A stretch of DNA of 64,000 nt from Alligator mississippiensis (taxonomy: Eukaryota): assembly GCF_030867095.1 (NCBI RefSeq), contig NC_081830.1:240717-304716 (forward strand), in the 5' to 3' direction. Shown piece after piece: positions 44,014 through 59,795 of the stretch (position 1 is its first letter; each line of letters opens with the position of its first letter). Both the position numbers and the translations under genes were made by a program. Below the pieces are notes generated by a model. It was not told where the DNA came from. It made no database searches and was given only the letters and a program-made list of their open reading frames with translations.

Positions 44014-46311
44014 GTAGGGCCCGCGCTGCGCCCCTGCCCCACTCACTGCCCCCCACCGCCCCTCCCCCCGTCCTCCTGTCCCGCTCACTGCCCCCTGCCC
44101 CACCGCCCCTGCCCCGCCACCTGCTGACTGCCCCCGTCCTCCTGCCCCCACCCTCCTGCCCTGCCACCTGCTGACTGCTCCCCCATCCTGCCCCGCTGAC
44201 TGCCCCCTGCCCCCCACCCTCCTGCCCCACTGCCTGCTGACTGCCCTCCTGCCCCACTGACTGCCCCCTGCCCCGTCTTCCTGCCCCACTGACTACCCCC
44301 TGCCCCACCGCCCCTGCCCCTGCCCTCCTGCCTTGCTGACTGCCCCCCGCCCTGCTGACTGCCCCCCCTACCCCCTGCCCCTGCCCTCCTGCCCTGCTGA
44401 CTGCCCTGCCATTTGCTGACTGCCCCCCCCCCAGCTCTGGTGCTCCTGCCCCACGGCCCCCCCCAGTGCCCCCTGCTGAGAACTGCCATGTCCGGGATCC
44501 ATTGCTTCCGGTGGTCTGGCTGGAGCAGCGGGGGGCGGAGGGGCAGGTCCGGGCAGGGGAGCCCGTCGAGAGGCCCGGAGGAGGAAGCGCCAGGCACGGC
44601 CCCGCGCGGCGAGCAGAGCCCTGCTCTGCGTCAGGCCGCCCAGAGCCTGGCGCGGGCCCTGCTGGCCAGCCGCCCTCTCAGCCCCGGCCCCCGCAGGCTG
44701 GATCCTGATCGATCGGAACGGGCGCCACTTCGGCACGATCCTGAACTACCTGAGGGACGGGGCGGTGCCGCTGCCTGCGTCGCAGCGGGAGCTGGAGGAG
44801 GTGCTGTGCGAGGCGCGCTACTACCTCATCCAGGGGCTGGTGGAGGACTGCCAGCTGGCCCTGCAGGTAACCTGGGGGCGGGGGCAGGGCTCCGGCCGCA
44901 CACGGTGGGGGGGGCAGCGGTGACTGGGTGTCTCCGCGTAGAACAAGAGCGAGGCCTACGACCCCCTGTGCCTGATCCCCATGGTGACGTCCCCCAAGGA
45001 GGAGCAGCAGATCATCTCCAGCTGCTCCAAGGTGAGCGATGGGGAAGGGGCAGGACGGGGACCCTCTCCTCGCGCTGTCCTGCCCAGCTCCAACCCCCCA
45101 CCCTGTGGCTCCTCTCCCCACAGCCGGTGGTGAAATTGCTGCATAACCGGAGCAACAACAAGTATTCGTACACCAGGTAAGGATGCCCTGGCCCCCAGCC
45201 TCTGCCCTGCCCTGCCCTGCCCTGCCCTGCCCCGCTCACGGTGCCACTGCCTCCCCCCCTCCCCCAACAGCAACTCGGACGACAACCTGCTGAAGAACAT
45301 CGAGCTGTTTGACAAGCTGGCGCTGCGCTTCAACGGGCGCGTGCTCTTCGTCAAGGACGTGCTGGGCGACGAGATCTGCTGCTGGTCCTTCTACGGGCAG
45401 GGCCGCAAGATCGCCGAGGTCTGCTGTACCTCCATCGTCTATGCCACCGAAAAGAAGCAGACCAAGGTGTGGGACACCCCCCCACCCCGCAGTCGGCTTG
45501 GTACATCCTGCTAGGCAAGGCTGACAGGGAGCTGCACTGCACCCCGCCTGTGGCCACTTGCTACATTTCCCCCCCCCCCCCCAATATGGGAATTTGGTGC
45601 AACCCAGTAGGAGTGGGAAACTCCCCCCCACACCTTGGCACTTGCTATGTCCCAAATCTCTTCATCAAGCTCTACACTGGTTTGGTATGTCTCAACCCCC
45701 CATTTTATGAGCACTTGAGATGGTCCAAACCTCCCCCCCCTTATATTGGCATTTGGTATTTCCCAGAGCGCTGCCTAGCCCTAGAGCCTTGTTTAGACTT
45801 TCCCCCCTTCCCATTGATATTTGGTATGTTCCAGATCTCCCCGTTATGTTGGTATGGTACATTCCATCCCCCCTGCACTGACAGTGGTACGGTCTGAGCC
45901 CCTGTGTCCCCACCTCTTGTTGATATTTGGTACATCACACTGTGCTGAGTGAAGCCATTTTTGGTTTCTCCTATTGGTCTTTGGTACAGTCCAGAGCGAG
46001 CTGGATTGCACAGCTCCCCCATCCCAAGGGGAGTTGGTATGCCCTGGCCCCTCTGACCCCTGACCCCCGCGCAGGTGGAGTTCCCCGAGGCGCGGATCTT
46101 CGAGGAAACCCTGAACATCCTGATCTACGAGACGCCGCGGGTGCCCGACAAGGCGCTGCTGGAGGCCACGGGCGGCGCGGCCGGTGGGGGCGGGGCGGCC
46201 CGTGCCGAGGACGAGGACGGGCGCGAGCACCGGGTGCGGCGTATCCACGTGCGGCGCCACATCACTCACGACGAGCGTTCCCACGGCCACCAGGCTGTCT
46301 TCAAGGACTGA
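43761..46311 (+). CDS. KCTD13: BTB/POZ domain-containing adapter KCTD13 (BACURD1), CDS span; six coding exons.
   Basis: Near-identical to the human protein: [174 protein letters not shown] and [19 protein letters not shown]. Confidence 0.96.
44697..44866 (+). CDS. KCTD13: KCTD13 exon 2 ([57 protein letters not shown]).
   Basis: Acceptor cccgcag; donor cag|gtaacc. Confidence 0.93.
44942..45031 (+). CDS. KCTD13: KCTD13 exon 3 ([30 protein letters not shown]).
   Basis: Acceptor ccgcgtag; donor aag|gtgagc. Confidence 0.93.
45124..45176 (+). CDS. KCTD13: KCTD13 exon 4 ([18 protein letters not shown]).
   Basis: Acceptor cccacag; donor cag|gtaagg. Confidence 0.93.
45271..45466 (+). CDS. KCTD13: KCTD13 exon 5.
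   Basis: Acceptor cccaacag; donor aag|gtgtgg. Confidence 0.93.
46075..46311 (+). CDS. KCTD13: KCTD13 exon 6 (VEFPEARIF...HGHQAVFKD*).
   Basis: Acceptor cgcgcag; stop TGA at 46309-46311. Confidence 0.93.
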   Translation: MEFPEARIFEETLNILIYETPRVPDKALLEATGGAAGGGGAARAEDEDGREHRVRRIHVRRHITHDERSHGHQAVFKD

Positions 46312-46992
46312 CCTCCTGGCTGCCCCCACCCTTGGTAACCTGCTCCTGACCCTTGACCTCTGCTGCCCACTGCCCCGGTGTCCGGCCGGGAGTGGGCCGG
46401 GGGGTTCTGTGTCCGCTAATGAGCTCACGGCCCAACGCCCCCCGCACTGCAGGCCAGGCTGGGACGCCCCCTCCCATTTACAGGAGGGGCGTGGGCTGTG
46501 TATGGGGGGGCTCCAAAGCACCCTGCCTCTTACAACATGGTATGTTCTACTTCCTCCCCCCAAAAAACACTATAGTACAGCCGCAGTTGCCCTTCTGTTT
46601 TCCCTGCTCCTTGAAACGGAACATGGTATGTTCCACTTACCCCCCCCAAAAAAACACTATGGTACGGCCCCAGCCACCCCTGTCCCTCACTCCTGGCTGG
46701 GTGGTATAACCCCACTGCCCCCCTTTGGAGTCATGTGGTATGCTCCAGTGTGTCTGCCCTGCCCCCAAACTGGATGGGAAACCCCAAACTCCCCCCCCCC
46801 CTTTCTAAAACAGAGCAGAGGGATCCTAAAATCTGACCCACCCCGCCCCCTGCACTGCCGCTCTCCATTCCCCTCTTTTTTGTATAATTTATTTGTAACA
46901 ATTTTGGGGGTTTTGGTTTTTGCTTTGTCTCACTTCCCTTTTTTTTTTAATTTCCCGTTGGTTTCCAGTTTCATTTTCTATTAAATTATTGG

Positions 46993-46998
46993 AATAAA
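46993..46998 (+). terminator. KCTD13: KCTD13 polyA signal AATAAA.
   Basis: The string ttggaataaagaac, about 680 nt 3' of the stop. A T-rich 3' UTR precedes it. Confidence 0.65.
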
Positions 46999-48689
46999 GA
47001 ACTGTGGGAAAGCCTGGGCTCGGCCCTCCTCCATGACCCCGGGGGGGCCAGTCCTCGTGGGCTCCGATCCTGCCCCTGGTGCTCGGGTGCCAGGCGCGAA
47101 GGGTGAGGGCCCGGCCACGCTGGGGTGCCGCAGGTTCCCACAAAAAGCACGCGGGGGCTGTCGGGTGCTCTGCGGGGTCGCGGGGGCGCAGACTGCATCA
47201 CATCCTCCACCCTGGGAGCAAACCCAGGAGCACCCAGCAGGCTGCACTGCCGAAGTGGCTGCCCTCCATGAAGGCCTGGAGACCGCAGCGGCACCCCTCG
47301 GCAGTACACGAAGACCCAGGCCTCCCCCCCAGGACCTGCGATCCAGCCACCTTGAAGCAACGGCTAGGCCCAAAGCCTGGGCCTGGTGCCCCCAAGGCCT
47401 AGCAGGGGCCAGCGCCTGGTGCTGTGGCGTGGGGCTGTGCCTCCTGCCTAGGGTCGGGCAAAGACAAGCAGCTGCTGAAGACCGGGGGCCCTGCCCCGTG
47501 CCTGCCCATGAGTAGCACTGGGCACAGGCTGGTAACCTGGCCCCAGACGGGGCAGGGGTGCTGCCCCCCCCATAGCACCCCCCAACCAGAGCAGCATGCC
47601 AGGGCTGTGGGGCACCCCCAGATGTCCCCCTGCTGCCCTGGTACCCGCGGAGCCCTGTCAGTCACCAGCCCCTCAGCTCCACCACAGCCTCATGTCTGCC
47701 CACCCTCTCGCCGGGCCCAGGCAGGGCTCAGAGACCTGCCGGCTCCGGGGAGACAGGCCATGGGGCAGCTGGCTCTGGGGGGGCACGAGCGGGGGTAGAA
47801 GCTGCTGACTCATGAATGGTTTTCACGCCTCGGATGCACGGTAATTAGTGCGTCTCCTGCATCTCGGTCGCAGCTTCGTTACCTTTGTGCAGGCTCGTCA
47901 CCCGCTGTCCCCCTCACTGCTGCACGGCATGGCCTGGTCTCTGTGCGCGCCCTGCAGGCCCCCGTGCTCTGCCAAGTCCAGAGCGCACGCTAGCACTGCC
48001 GCAGCCTTCCCAGCACTGCCCCTGGCGCCGAGGCGCAGTGCAGCTTGGCCACGTGCAGCCACGGGCCCAGGACTCGGCCTGTCACAGGTGATGCCATGGC
48101 CTGTCCGTCATGGTGCTGTTCTGTTCTGTGCTGTGCCGGTCTTGGCGTGGTGCCTGGCATGGGACACATCATGGCATGCTATAGCCTGTCCCATCGTGGG
48201 GATTAATCCCAATGGGCTCTGTCTTTGCCCACAGCAGGCAGACAGCCCTCCTCCTGCCCCCCAGCCCCTCCCCTAGCCTGGACAGCCCGGCCTCATGGGC
48301 TCGCCTCAAAGCTCAGCTCAGCATCCTCCCGTTGCCCTCCCTGCCTCCATCCCCGCCCTGGGGGCCATACCCCCAGTGTGGGGGCATAAAGGGGATTCAC
48401 GGGGCTGCATTTGGTTCACGGTTCCCTGCTCAATAACCTGAACATGCGGTCAGCCTTCCTGCTGGTGCTGCATCCGTCGTGGTGGTGCCCAGCCATTTCC
48501 CACCTGGCGCACACCCACGTTTTAACGTTCTCTGGCGGTGCCCCCGTGCCGGCAATCCCCGCGCCCGCACTTCTGAGCTCCTCGTGGCTCGTTGCCGTGG
48601 CAGTACTGCTCACCTCTGGCACACCACAGCCACACCTCGGTTGGGAAGCCCGGCGCTGGGCTGCCTCGGCCCCATTTCCCAGGTTACGA

Positions 48690-49260
48690 TGACATTACAT
48701 GATATGGTAGAGAATAATCCTCTCGCGGTCTCTTATCTTCTATTGGACTTGGATCTCTCCGCAACTGTTGTGTCCCAACGAACTGTATTAGAGCAATCAC
48801 AGCCGGTCACACTACACTTGGCATGTTAGAGTGTATCGTATGATATTATGTACTGATTGCAATAAGTACTGGTTGTGCTGTATATTGATTGTATTAGATA
48901 TCGACTGCGCTGCAACTGCTAGGTTCTAACGCGTGACATGGACCAACTGTTGCATCTTGTCCATCCTGTTCTTCTTCTACCGTGCCGTCTTCTATATCGA
49001 CTCTATTGCATCGATCGTGTTCTGCAAGTCGTACTGCTCCATCAACCACATGCATGTCATTGCCTTACATGATGTTGCATTGTATTGTACTGAACTGTGT
49101 TGTATCCATTATACTATATTGTCTTATATTACATTGATCAATATGAACTGATATTTGATCATTGTAATGGATACAATGCAATACAATGTATTGTACAGTA
49201 TAATATATCTATTATACTGTTCTACAATACATTGGATTGCGTTGTTTCTAGTCTAGCATG
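48690..49260. other. AT-rich island (about 30% GC) containing nested hairpins, in the KCTD13-SEZ6L2 intergenic region.
   Basis: For example, ccaatgtattgtacagtataata / tattatactgttctacaatacattgg forms an about 23-bp stem at 49178-49232. A second hairpin is tgatcaatatgaactgatatttgatca at 49135-49165. Confidence 0.6.
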
Positions 49261-49799
49261 TGGCTGTCCATCAGCGAGGTCACCGGTTGGGCGCGGAGCC
49301 CTGGCCGTCAAGCAGTGGCGCACGGCAAAGGCAGGGAGGAAGCGCGTGGCCAGAAAAACAAGGATCTCTCGCATCCGGTCCTCCACCCCCCTCTGCTTCG
49401 TCTCTCTTCTTTCTCCTCTCCCCCACTTTCTCTTTTCTCCGTCCCTTTATCTTTCCCTCTTCTCCCCCAACCCCCTCCTGCTGGATGTGGTCATTTTCGC
49501 TTGCGAAGGCTGAACAACAGCATGGCATGGTACACGTTACACTACACTGTAGTGTACCACTGGCTGCCATTAGAGGACAGGAGGTTACACGATGGGAGCA
49601 GGTCAGCGGTGGGTGCTGGGGCGTGGGCCTGGCGCTACCGAGTCAGGGTCAGGCACCGTCTCTGCTCCACGTGCCCCACAGCCGTCTGTGCATGTCCCCA
49701 TTGCTGACGGGGCTGCCAGGCGAGAGCCACAGGGCGGGTGCGGGGTCATGGGGTGGAGGAAGGTCCCGGCCCAGAGCAGGTAGGACAGGATACCTGAGC

Positions 49800-50285
49800 T
49801 CAGGGGGCTCAGGCAGGGGGGTGCAGGGGGGCAGGGGCGGTGCGCGGGCTTGGGGACTCAGGCAGGCAGGGCGCGGGGCAGCAGGGGCGGTGCGTGGGGC
49901 TCAGGCGGGGTGCAGGGTGGCAGGGGCGGTGCGTGGGCTTGGGGACTCAGGCGGGTGGGGCACAAGGTAGCAGGGGCAGTGTGCAGGGCTCAGGTGGGGT
50001 GTGGGGCAGCAGAGGCAGTGTGTGGGGTGCGAGGCGGCAGGGGCAGTGCGTGGGGTGCAGGGCTCAGGTGGGGTGCGGGGCGGCAGTGGCAGTGTATGGG
50101 GTGCGGGGCTCAGGTGGGGTGCAGGGAAGCAGAGGCAGTGTGCGGGCTGGCAAGGGCAGTGTGCAGGGTGTGGGGCGGCAAGGGCAGTGCGCGGGGTGCG
50201 GGGCTCAGGTGGGGTGTGGGGCGGCAGGGGCAGTGTGCGGGGTGTGGGGCGGCAGGGGCAGTGCGCGGGCCGGCGGGGGGGGAGG
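49800..50285 (+). repeat. G-rich minisatellite of about 12 × 41 bp with unit GCAGGGGCGGTGCGTGGGGCTCAGGCGGGGTGCAGGGTGGCA, ending about 100 bp 5' of the SEZ6L2 ATG.
   Basis: Highly regular tandem copies with G-runs of 3-4 on the plus strand (G-quadruplex-prone). ORFs 49840..51048 and 49901..50737 are translation artefacts of this repeat. Confidence 0.85.
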
Positions 50286-50391
50286 GAGGCCGAAGCCCGC
50301 GTGCGCGGGGCTGAGCCCGCTCCCCCCCCGCATTGCCGCCGCCGTCGCTGCTGCAGGAAAGCGCCAGAAGCCGCGCGGGTCCGGCCCCGCC

Positions 50392-55740
<5,349 letters not shown>

Positions 55741-56099
55741 AGGCGCCGGGTGGGGGTGGGGGGGGCCATGAGGCCCCTCCTGCTCCCCTCCCCCAAAACA
55801 CAGGCCGGGGCTGGGCCAGGACTGGACCCAGGATGCCATGGCCCCATTTCCACAAGGGGGGGGTCCGCCACCTGGCTCCCGAGCCATCCCAGCATGCCTT
55901 GCGGCCCCCCCAGCCCCACCCTGTAAATACCCAGGATTCCATGTGCCAAGGCTCACGCACCCCGTTCCCCCCCCAGCTTCATTACCGTCATGACCAAGGT
56001 CCTCACTCCTCCCCACCGCCCGGTTAATTTATATCAAGCGTCCTATTTATTTCTGTATTTATTAATTTATTTGTGGCAGGTTGAGGAACGGGGCCCCCC

Positions 56100-56560
56100 A
56101 GCAGTTAGTTCACTGTCCCCTTTAAGGGCCTAAAACAAGGGCAGGAGGGAAATTGTGTTAGAGCATGCCCCTTTAAGGGGGGTTAAAAAAAATGCTTCCA
56201 GGCTATAAAAATCATGCAGGAGGATGTTTATTCCGAGTCCTCGAAGAGCATAGGCTTTTGGGAAGGGAATCCCTTTAAGGAATTTTAAATAAAAATGGGA
56301 GGGGATTTACTCCCCAGAGCATCCCTTTAAGGTCCATTGCTTGGCTTGAGTGCAAGGGGGGGCTTTTAGTTTGGAACATCCCTTTAAGATTTAAAGCAAC
56401 AGATGGGGGAGGGATGGCTCTAAGTAATCTGGGGGATACTAAAGCAGGCCTTTAAGGGCTTGGTAAGGGGAACTGTGGTGAAGGGAGGAGCCCTCATCCC
56501 TTTAAGATCACAGCTATTCCTTTAAGAGTGCCATTACCTTTAAGAAATGGAGTGTAGGAG
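56100..56560. repeat. Degenerate tandem array of about 50-bp units carrying the near-palindrome (C)CCCTTTAAGR, about 9 copies, in the SEZ6L2 3' UTR.
   Basis: Copies at about 56120, 56172, 56272, 56325, 56382, 56450, 56498, 56519 and 56537. Confidence 0.7.
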
Positions 56561-56690
56561 GGCAAATATTCCTGTGCCATTCTTCGGACGGATACCCCCA
56601 GAAGGGGGAAAGGGGGGGAGAGGTGTCCCACAGGCCCCGCCTCCCCGGGGGGGTGTCCTAGCCCCACTTCCGGCCCGTTGGAGCAATAAC

Positions 56691-56696
56691 AATAAA
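56691..56696 (+). terminator. SEZ6L2: SEZ6L2 polyA signal AATAAA.
   Basis: The string gcaataacaataaacgag, about 950 nt 3' of the stop. Confidence 0.6.
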
Positions 56697-57139
56697 CGAG
56701 GGAATCGCCTTTGTACAAGCCCACGGCTCCGCCTCTGCCTGGGGGAGAGGGCGGAGCCTAAGGAGGCACCGCCCCTCCGGGTCATGAAGGGAAGCCCCGC
56801 CCAACACTCCAGCACCACTCTGGGCTCCGCCCCTTTGCCCCTTCCCCCAGTAGGCCACGCCCCTGCTAGGGCCTGCCCCTTAGACCCTCCCCACTAGGCG
56901 CCGCCTTCGACAACGTACCGTTAGGCCCCGCCCCCTTTGCCCCTCCCCCCTAGACCCCGCCTCTTAGCTCCATCCGCTTTAGACCTGCGAGGCCCCACCC
57001 TCGTTGCTCCCTGCCCAGTTGGGGTGGCCACGCCTAAGCCCCACCCCTTTATGCACGCACCAAGCTCCGCCCCCATTTACCATGCCCCTTGCCTTCGCCT
57101 TGTAGCCCCGCCCCTCCAGCACAACGAACGGGGGGGGCC

Positions 57140-57520
57140 TGCCGTCGGGCGCATGCGCAGTGAAAAGCTGCGGACATGGTTATGCGTATGCGTGCTGGTT
57201 CATGGAGCGGGAAGGGGGGAGGAAATTGACAAAGTGCGCATGCGTAGCTCCATCCCAGGAGGGAGGTGATATGCAAGGGCTGTGGCTGCGCAGTGGAAGC
57301 GAGGCGCCGGCGCGTACGTTCTTCAAAGAGCTGTTGCGGCAAAGCAGAGCGCACGCGCTCTGGAAACGGGACGAAGGCTTCTGCGCATGCGCCTCGGGGC
57401 CGCCGGTGCCAGAGGGGCTTCAGGGCTCGCCTTGTCGCGCATGCGCACTGATGAGCCACGGCCGCGCTCTAGTGGCGAGCGCATGCGCAGCCTAGTGATC
57501 CGAGCGGGAACGCATGCGCA
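57140..57520. promoter_or_regulatory. PAGR1: Cluster of six NRF1-type palindromes (GCGCATGCGC/GCGCATGCGT) in the PAGR1 upstream CpG island.
   Basis: Sites at about 57149, 57238, 57384, 57440, 57481 and 57512. All match YGCGCATGCGY. Confidence 0.6.
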
Positions 57521-57689
57521 GAGGCGCCGGGACGGCTGGAGGGGGCAAAAGGCGTCAAAATGGCGACCAGTCAGCCTGGGGCCTAGGCCTGATTGCGATT
57601 CCGATTCCTTCTGCTCTGCCTTCGCCTGCTGCAGCCTGAGCACGGACCTGGAGCTGCCCCCGGGGTCAGTCAGGCTGGGGCCCAGCTGG

Positions 57690-58060
57690 CGGCTTGTGCA
57701 CATCTCCAGGACAGCCGCCATGTTGGCGTGACCCACTGCGCTCAATGCCAGACCTGGCCTAGCCCTGCAAGATGGCTGCTGCCATGGCATGACCTGCTGC
57801 GGGCAGTGCCCAGCCTGGCCTATCTCCCCAAGACAGCCACTGCTTTGGCATGACAGCCGGGGTCACCGCTGGCCCTTGCGTGCCCGCGTGACATGGCTGC
57901 CGTGTGGCCTGGCTCATCTTTGCTGACCGCCCAGCCTGGTCTAGGTCCCCAAGGTGGCCGCCGTGTCGGCGTGACCTCTTTTGGGTCACTGCCCGGGCTG
58001 CCTCAAGGTGGCGCAACCTGCCATCGTGTTCCAAGATGGCTGCCCCGTTGACCTGAAGCC
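57690..58060 (+). promoter_or_regulatory. PAGR1: Tandem array (about 6-7 × 62 bp) of units each carrying a YY1-like core (AAGATGGCKGC / GCCGCCATGTTGG), immediately 5' of the PAGR1 ATG.
   Basis: The strings include caagatggctgctgcc, aagacagccactgc, catggctgccgtg, aaggtggccgccgtg, aaggtggcgcaacc and aagatggctgcccc. Confidence 0.5.
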
Positions 58061-58081
58061 CCCCTCCCCCTGCAGGCAGCC

Positions 58082-58455
58082 ATGGAGTCCGTGGTGACGG
58101 AGGAAGAAGGGGAAGTGACCTCGGGGATGCAGCTGCTGGCCGTGGAGGATCCTGCAGGCCCCGAGGAGGTGCCGGCCGGGGCAGAGGAGGAGCCGCAGGG
58201 GCAGGAGGAAGACACGGCGGCAGGCGGGGAGGAAGACTGGTGCGTGGGCTGCAGTGACGAGGAGGTGGAGGCCCCCGAGGCCTGGATGCCACCACCTACT
58301 GAGATCCGGCGCCTGTACGAGCTCATCGCGGCGCAGGGCAGCCTGGAGCTGCAGGCCGAGAGCCTGCCCCGCCGCGCCCCCACGCCCGAGCCCGACAGCG
58401 AGGAGGACGAGCGCTCAGATGGGCCCCCGGCCAGTGAGGAAGAGGAGGAGGAGAA
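58082..58455 (+). CDS. PAGR1: PAGR1 exon 1.
   Basis: ATG at 58082; donor aa|gtgagc (phase 2). Confidence 0.88.
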
Positions 58456-58975
58456 GTGAGCACTTGGCCTGAGTGAAGGGATGCGGGTCGGGAGCGAGGG
58501 GCACCGCTGGAGGCCAAGGGGCTTTGGGGGGCTGAAGGGCAGGGCTGAGGGGTCCCATGGGGCTCTGGGGGTTCCCCCATTCCTGCCACCCCTCCAGTGA
58601 CAACCTCTCTGCCCCCAGGCCCCACATCCCGACTGAGTTTGACTTTGACGACGAGCCTGCCTCACCCAAGAGCACCCTCATCGACCGTCGCAGAGCACCA
58701 GGTAAGCCCATGGGGGGACCCTGGCAGCCAGGCCTGGCAGGGGCAGGGGTGTGCAGGCGACCCTAGGGCTGACACATGCACTTGCCGCAGGCGCAGGGTC
58801 ACGCAGCCAGAAGCGGGAGGCGCGGCTGGATAAGGTGCTGTCAGACATGCAGCGCCACAAGCAGCTGGAGGAGCAGATCCTGCGCACCGGGCGCGACCTC
58901 TTCCAGCTGGACAGCGGTGATGAGCCCATGCCCAAGCGCCCGTCTGGACTCTTCCTGCGCCAGCGCAAGTACTGA
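58082..58975 (+). CDS. PAGR1: PAXIP1-associated glutamate-rich protein 1 (PA1), CDS span; three coding exons.
   Basis: The CDS reads [16 protein letters not shown]...[53 protein letters not shown]...[28 protein letters not shown]...[39 protein letters not shown]...LFLRQRKY*. This is highly similar to human PAGR1. Confidence 0.92.
58609..58691 (+). CDS. PAGR1: PAGR1 exon 2 ([28 protein letters not shown]).
   Basis: Acceptor ctgcccccag; donor g|gtaagc. Confidence 0.88.
58791..58975 (+). CDS. PAGR1: PAGR1 exon 3 (..[35 protein letters not shown]...RQRKY*).
   Basis: Acceptor cttgccgcag; stop TGA at 58973-58975. Confidence 0.9.
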
Positions 58976-59256
58976 CCCCTTTGCAGGGCCCTGCCGCTGC
59001 AGGAACCTCAAAGGCCGGGTGTGATAAAGTGACAGGTGAGAGGAGCAATGAACACCTGGCCCAGCCAATGGTAGCAGGGACCAACGGCTGGGGGGATGAA
59101 GTGGGACCAGCTCCTGGAGTGACGGACAGCTGGCCCAGCTCATGGGAGCCCGAGGAGAGGTTGGGGCGGGGGTTGAAGTTGCTTGATTATGGTACAGGGG
59201 CCACTCCCATCCTGGCTAAGAGCCTGGCTATGAGCCTGACCACCCAGGGAAGCCCC

Positions 59257-59262
59257 AATAAA
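59257..59262 (+). terminator. PAGR1: PAGR1 polyA signal AATAAA.
   Basis: The string agccccaataaagtg. Confidence 0.6.
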
Positions 59263-59710
59263 GTGTCTGCTGCCCCCTCCCATTGCCTGGATGCTCATCC
59301 CTACTCACAGCTTGGGGGGGGGTGTCTAATGCAGCCAGGAGGTTATTTAATCCAGGCACCTCCCCATTTTGGAAGAAGACATTACATTTCCTCTCCCCAA
59401 ACACTCGCCCTCCCCTTTACAAATTAAAACAAATATTTTTATGTTTCTGGGCCACTTAAATAAAATCTCTTTAAGAGCCAATGACTAAAAAGCAGGAGAA
59501 TGATGATTCTAATCCCCTTTCTCTTAAATTTGCCCATCCCCTTCTCCAGCTGGAGGCATGCCTGCCGCTTTAAACTCCTTACAGGGATTTTTCCCAGGTT
59601 CTTAAAGGGATGATTCTAGAATAAAAGCCTATTTGGTTAGAAGCAGCTCTTAAAGGTGCAGCTCCCTAAAAGGAAGGAGAAATTGGGGCAGCGGCAGTAA
59701 CAAAACATGC

Positions 59711-59716
59711 TTTATT
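59711..59716 (-). terminator. HIRIP3: HIRIP3 polyA signal (TTTATT on the plus strand).
   Basis: The string atgctttatttgg, about 80 nt 3' of the stop at 59796. The PAGR1 and HIRIP3 3' ends converge within about 450 bp. Confidence 0.6.
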
Positions 59717-59795
59717 TGGAAATGTACAAAAAGGGGGTGGAGAGAGGATAGAACCAACAAGGGGAAGGGGTGGGGCCTGGCCAAACCCCGCCCCA

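Noticed and set aside
47000-48700. ORFs at 47-48.7 kb on both strands as candidate ASPHD1 exons.
   Set aside because: Neither the Asp/Asn beta-hydroxylase catalytic motifs nor a TM-plus-hydroxylase arrangement was present. The translations are low-complexity.
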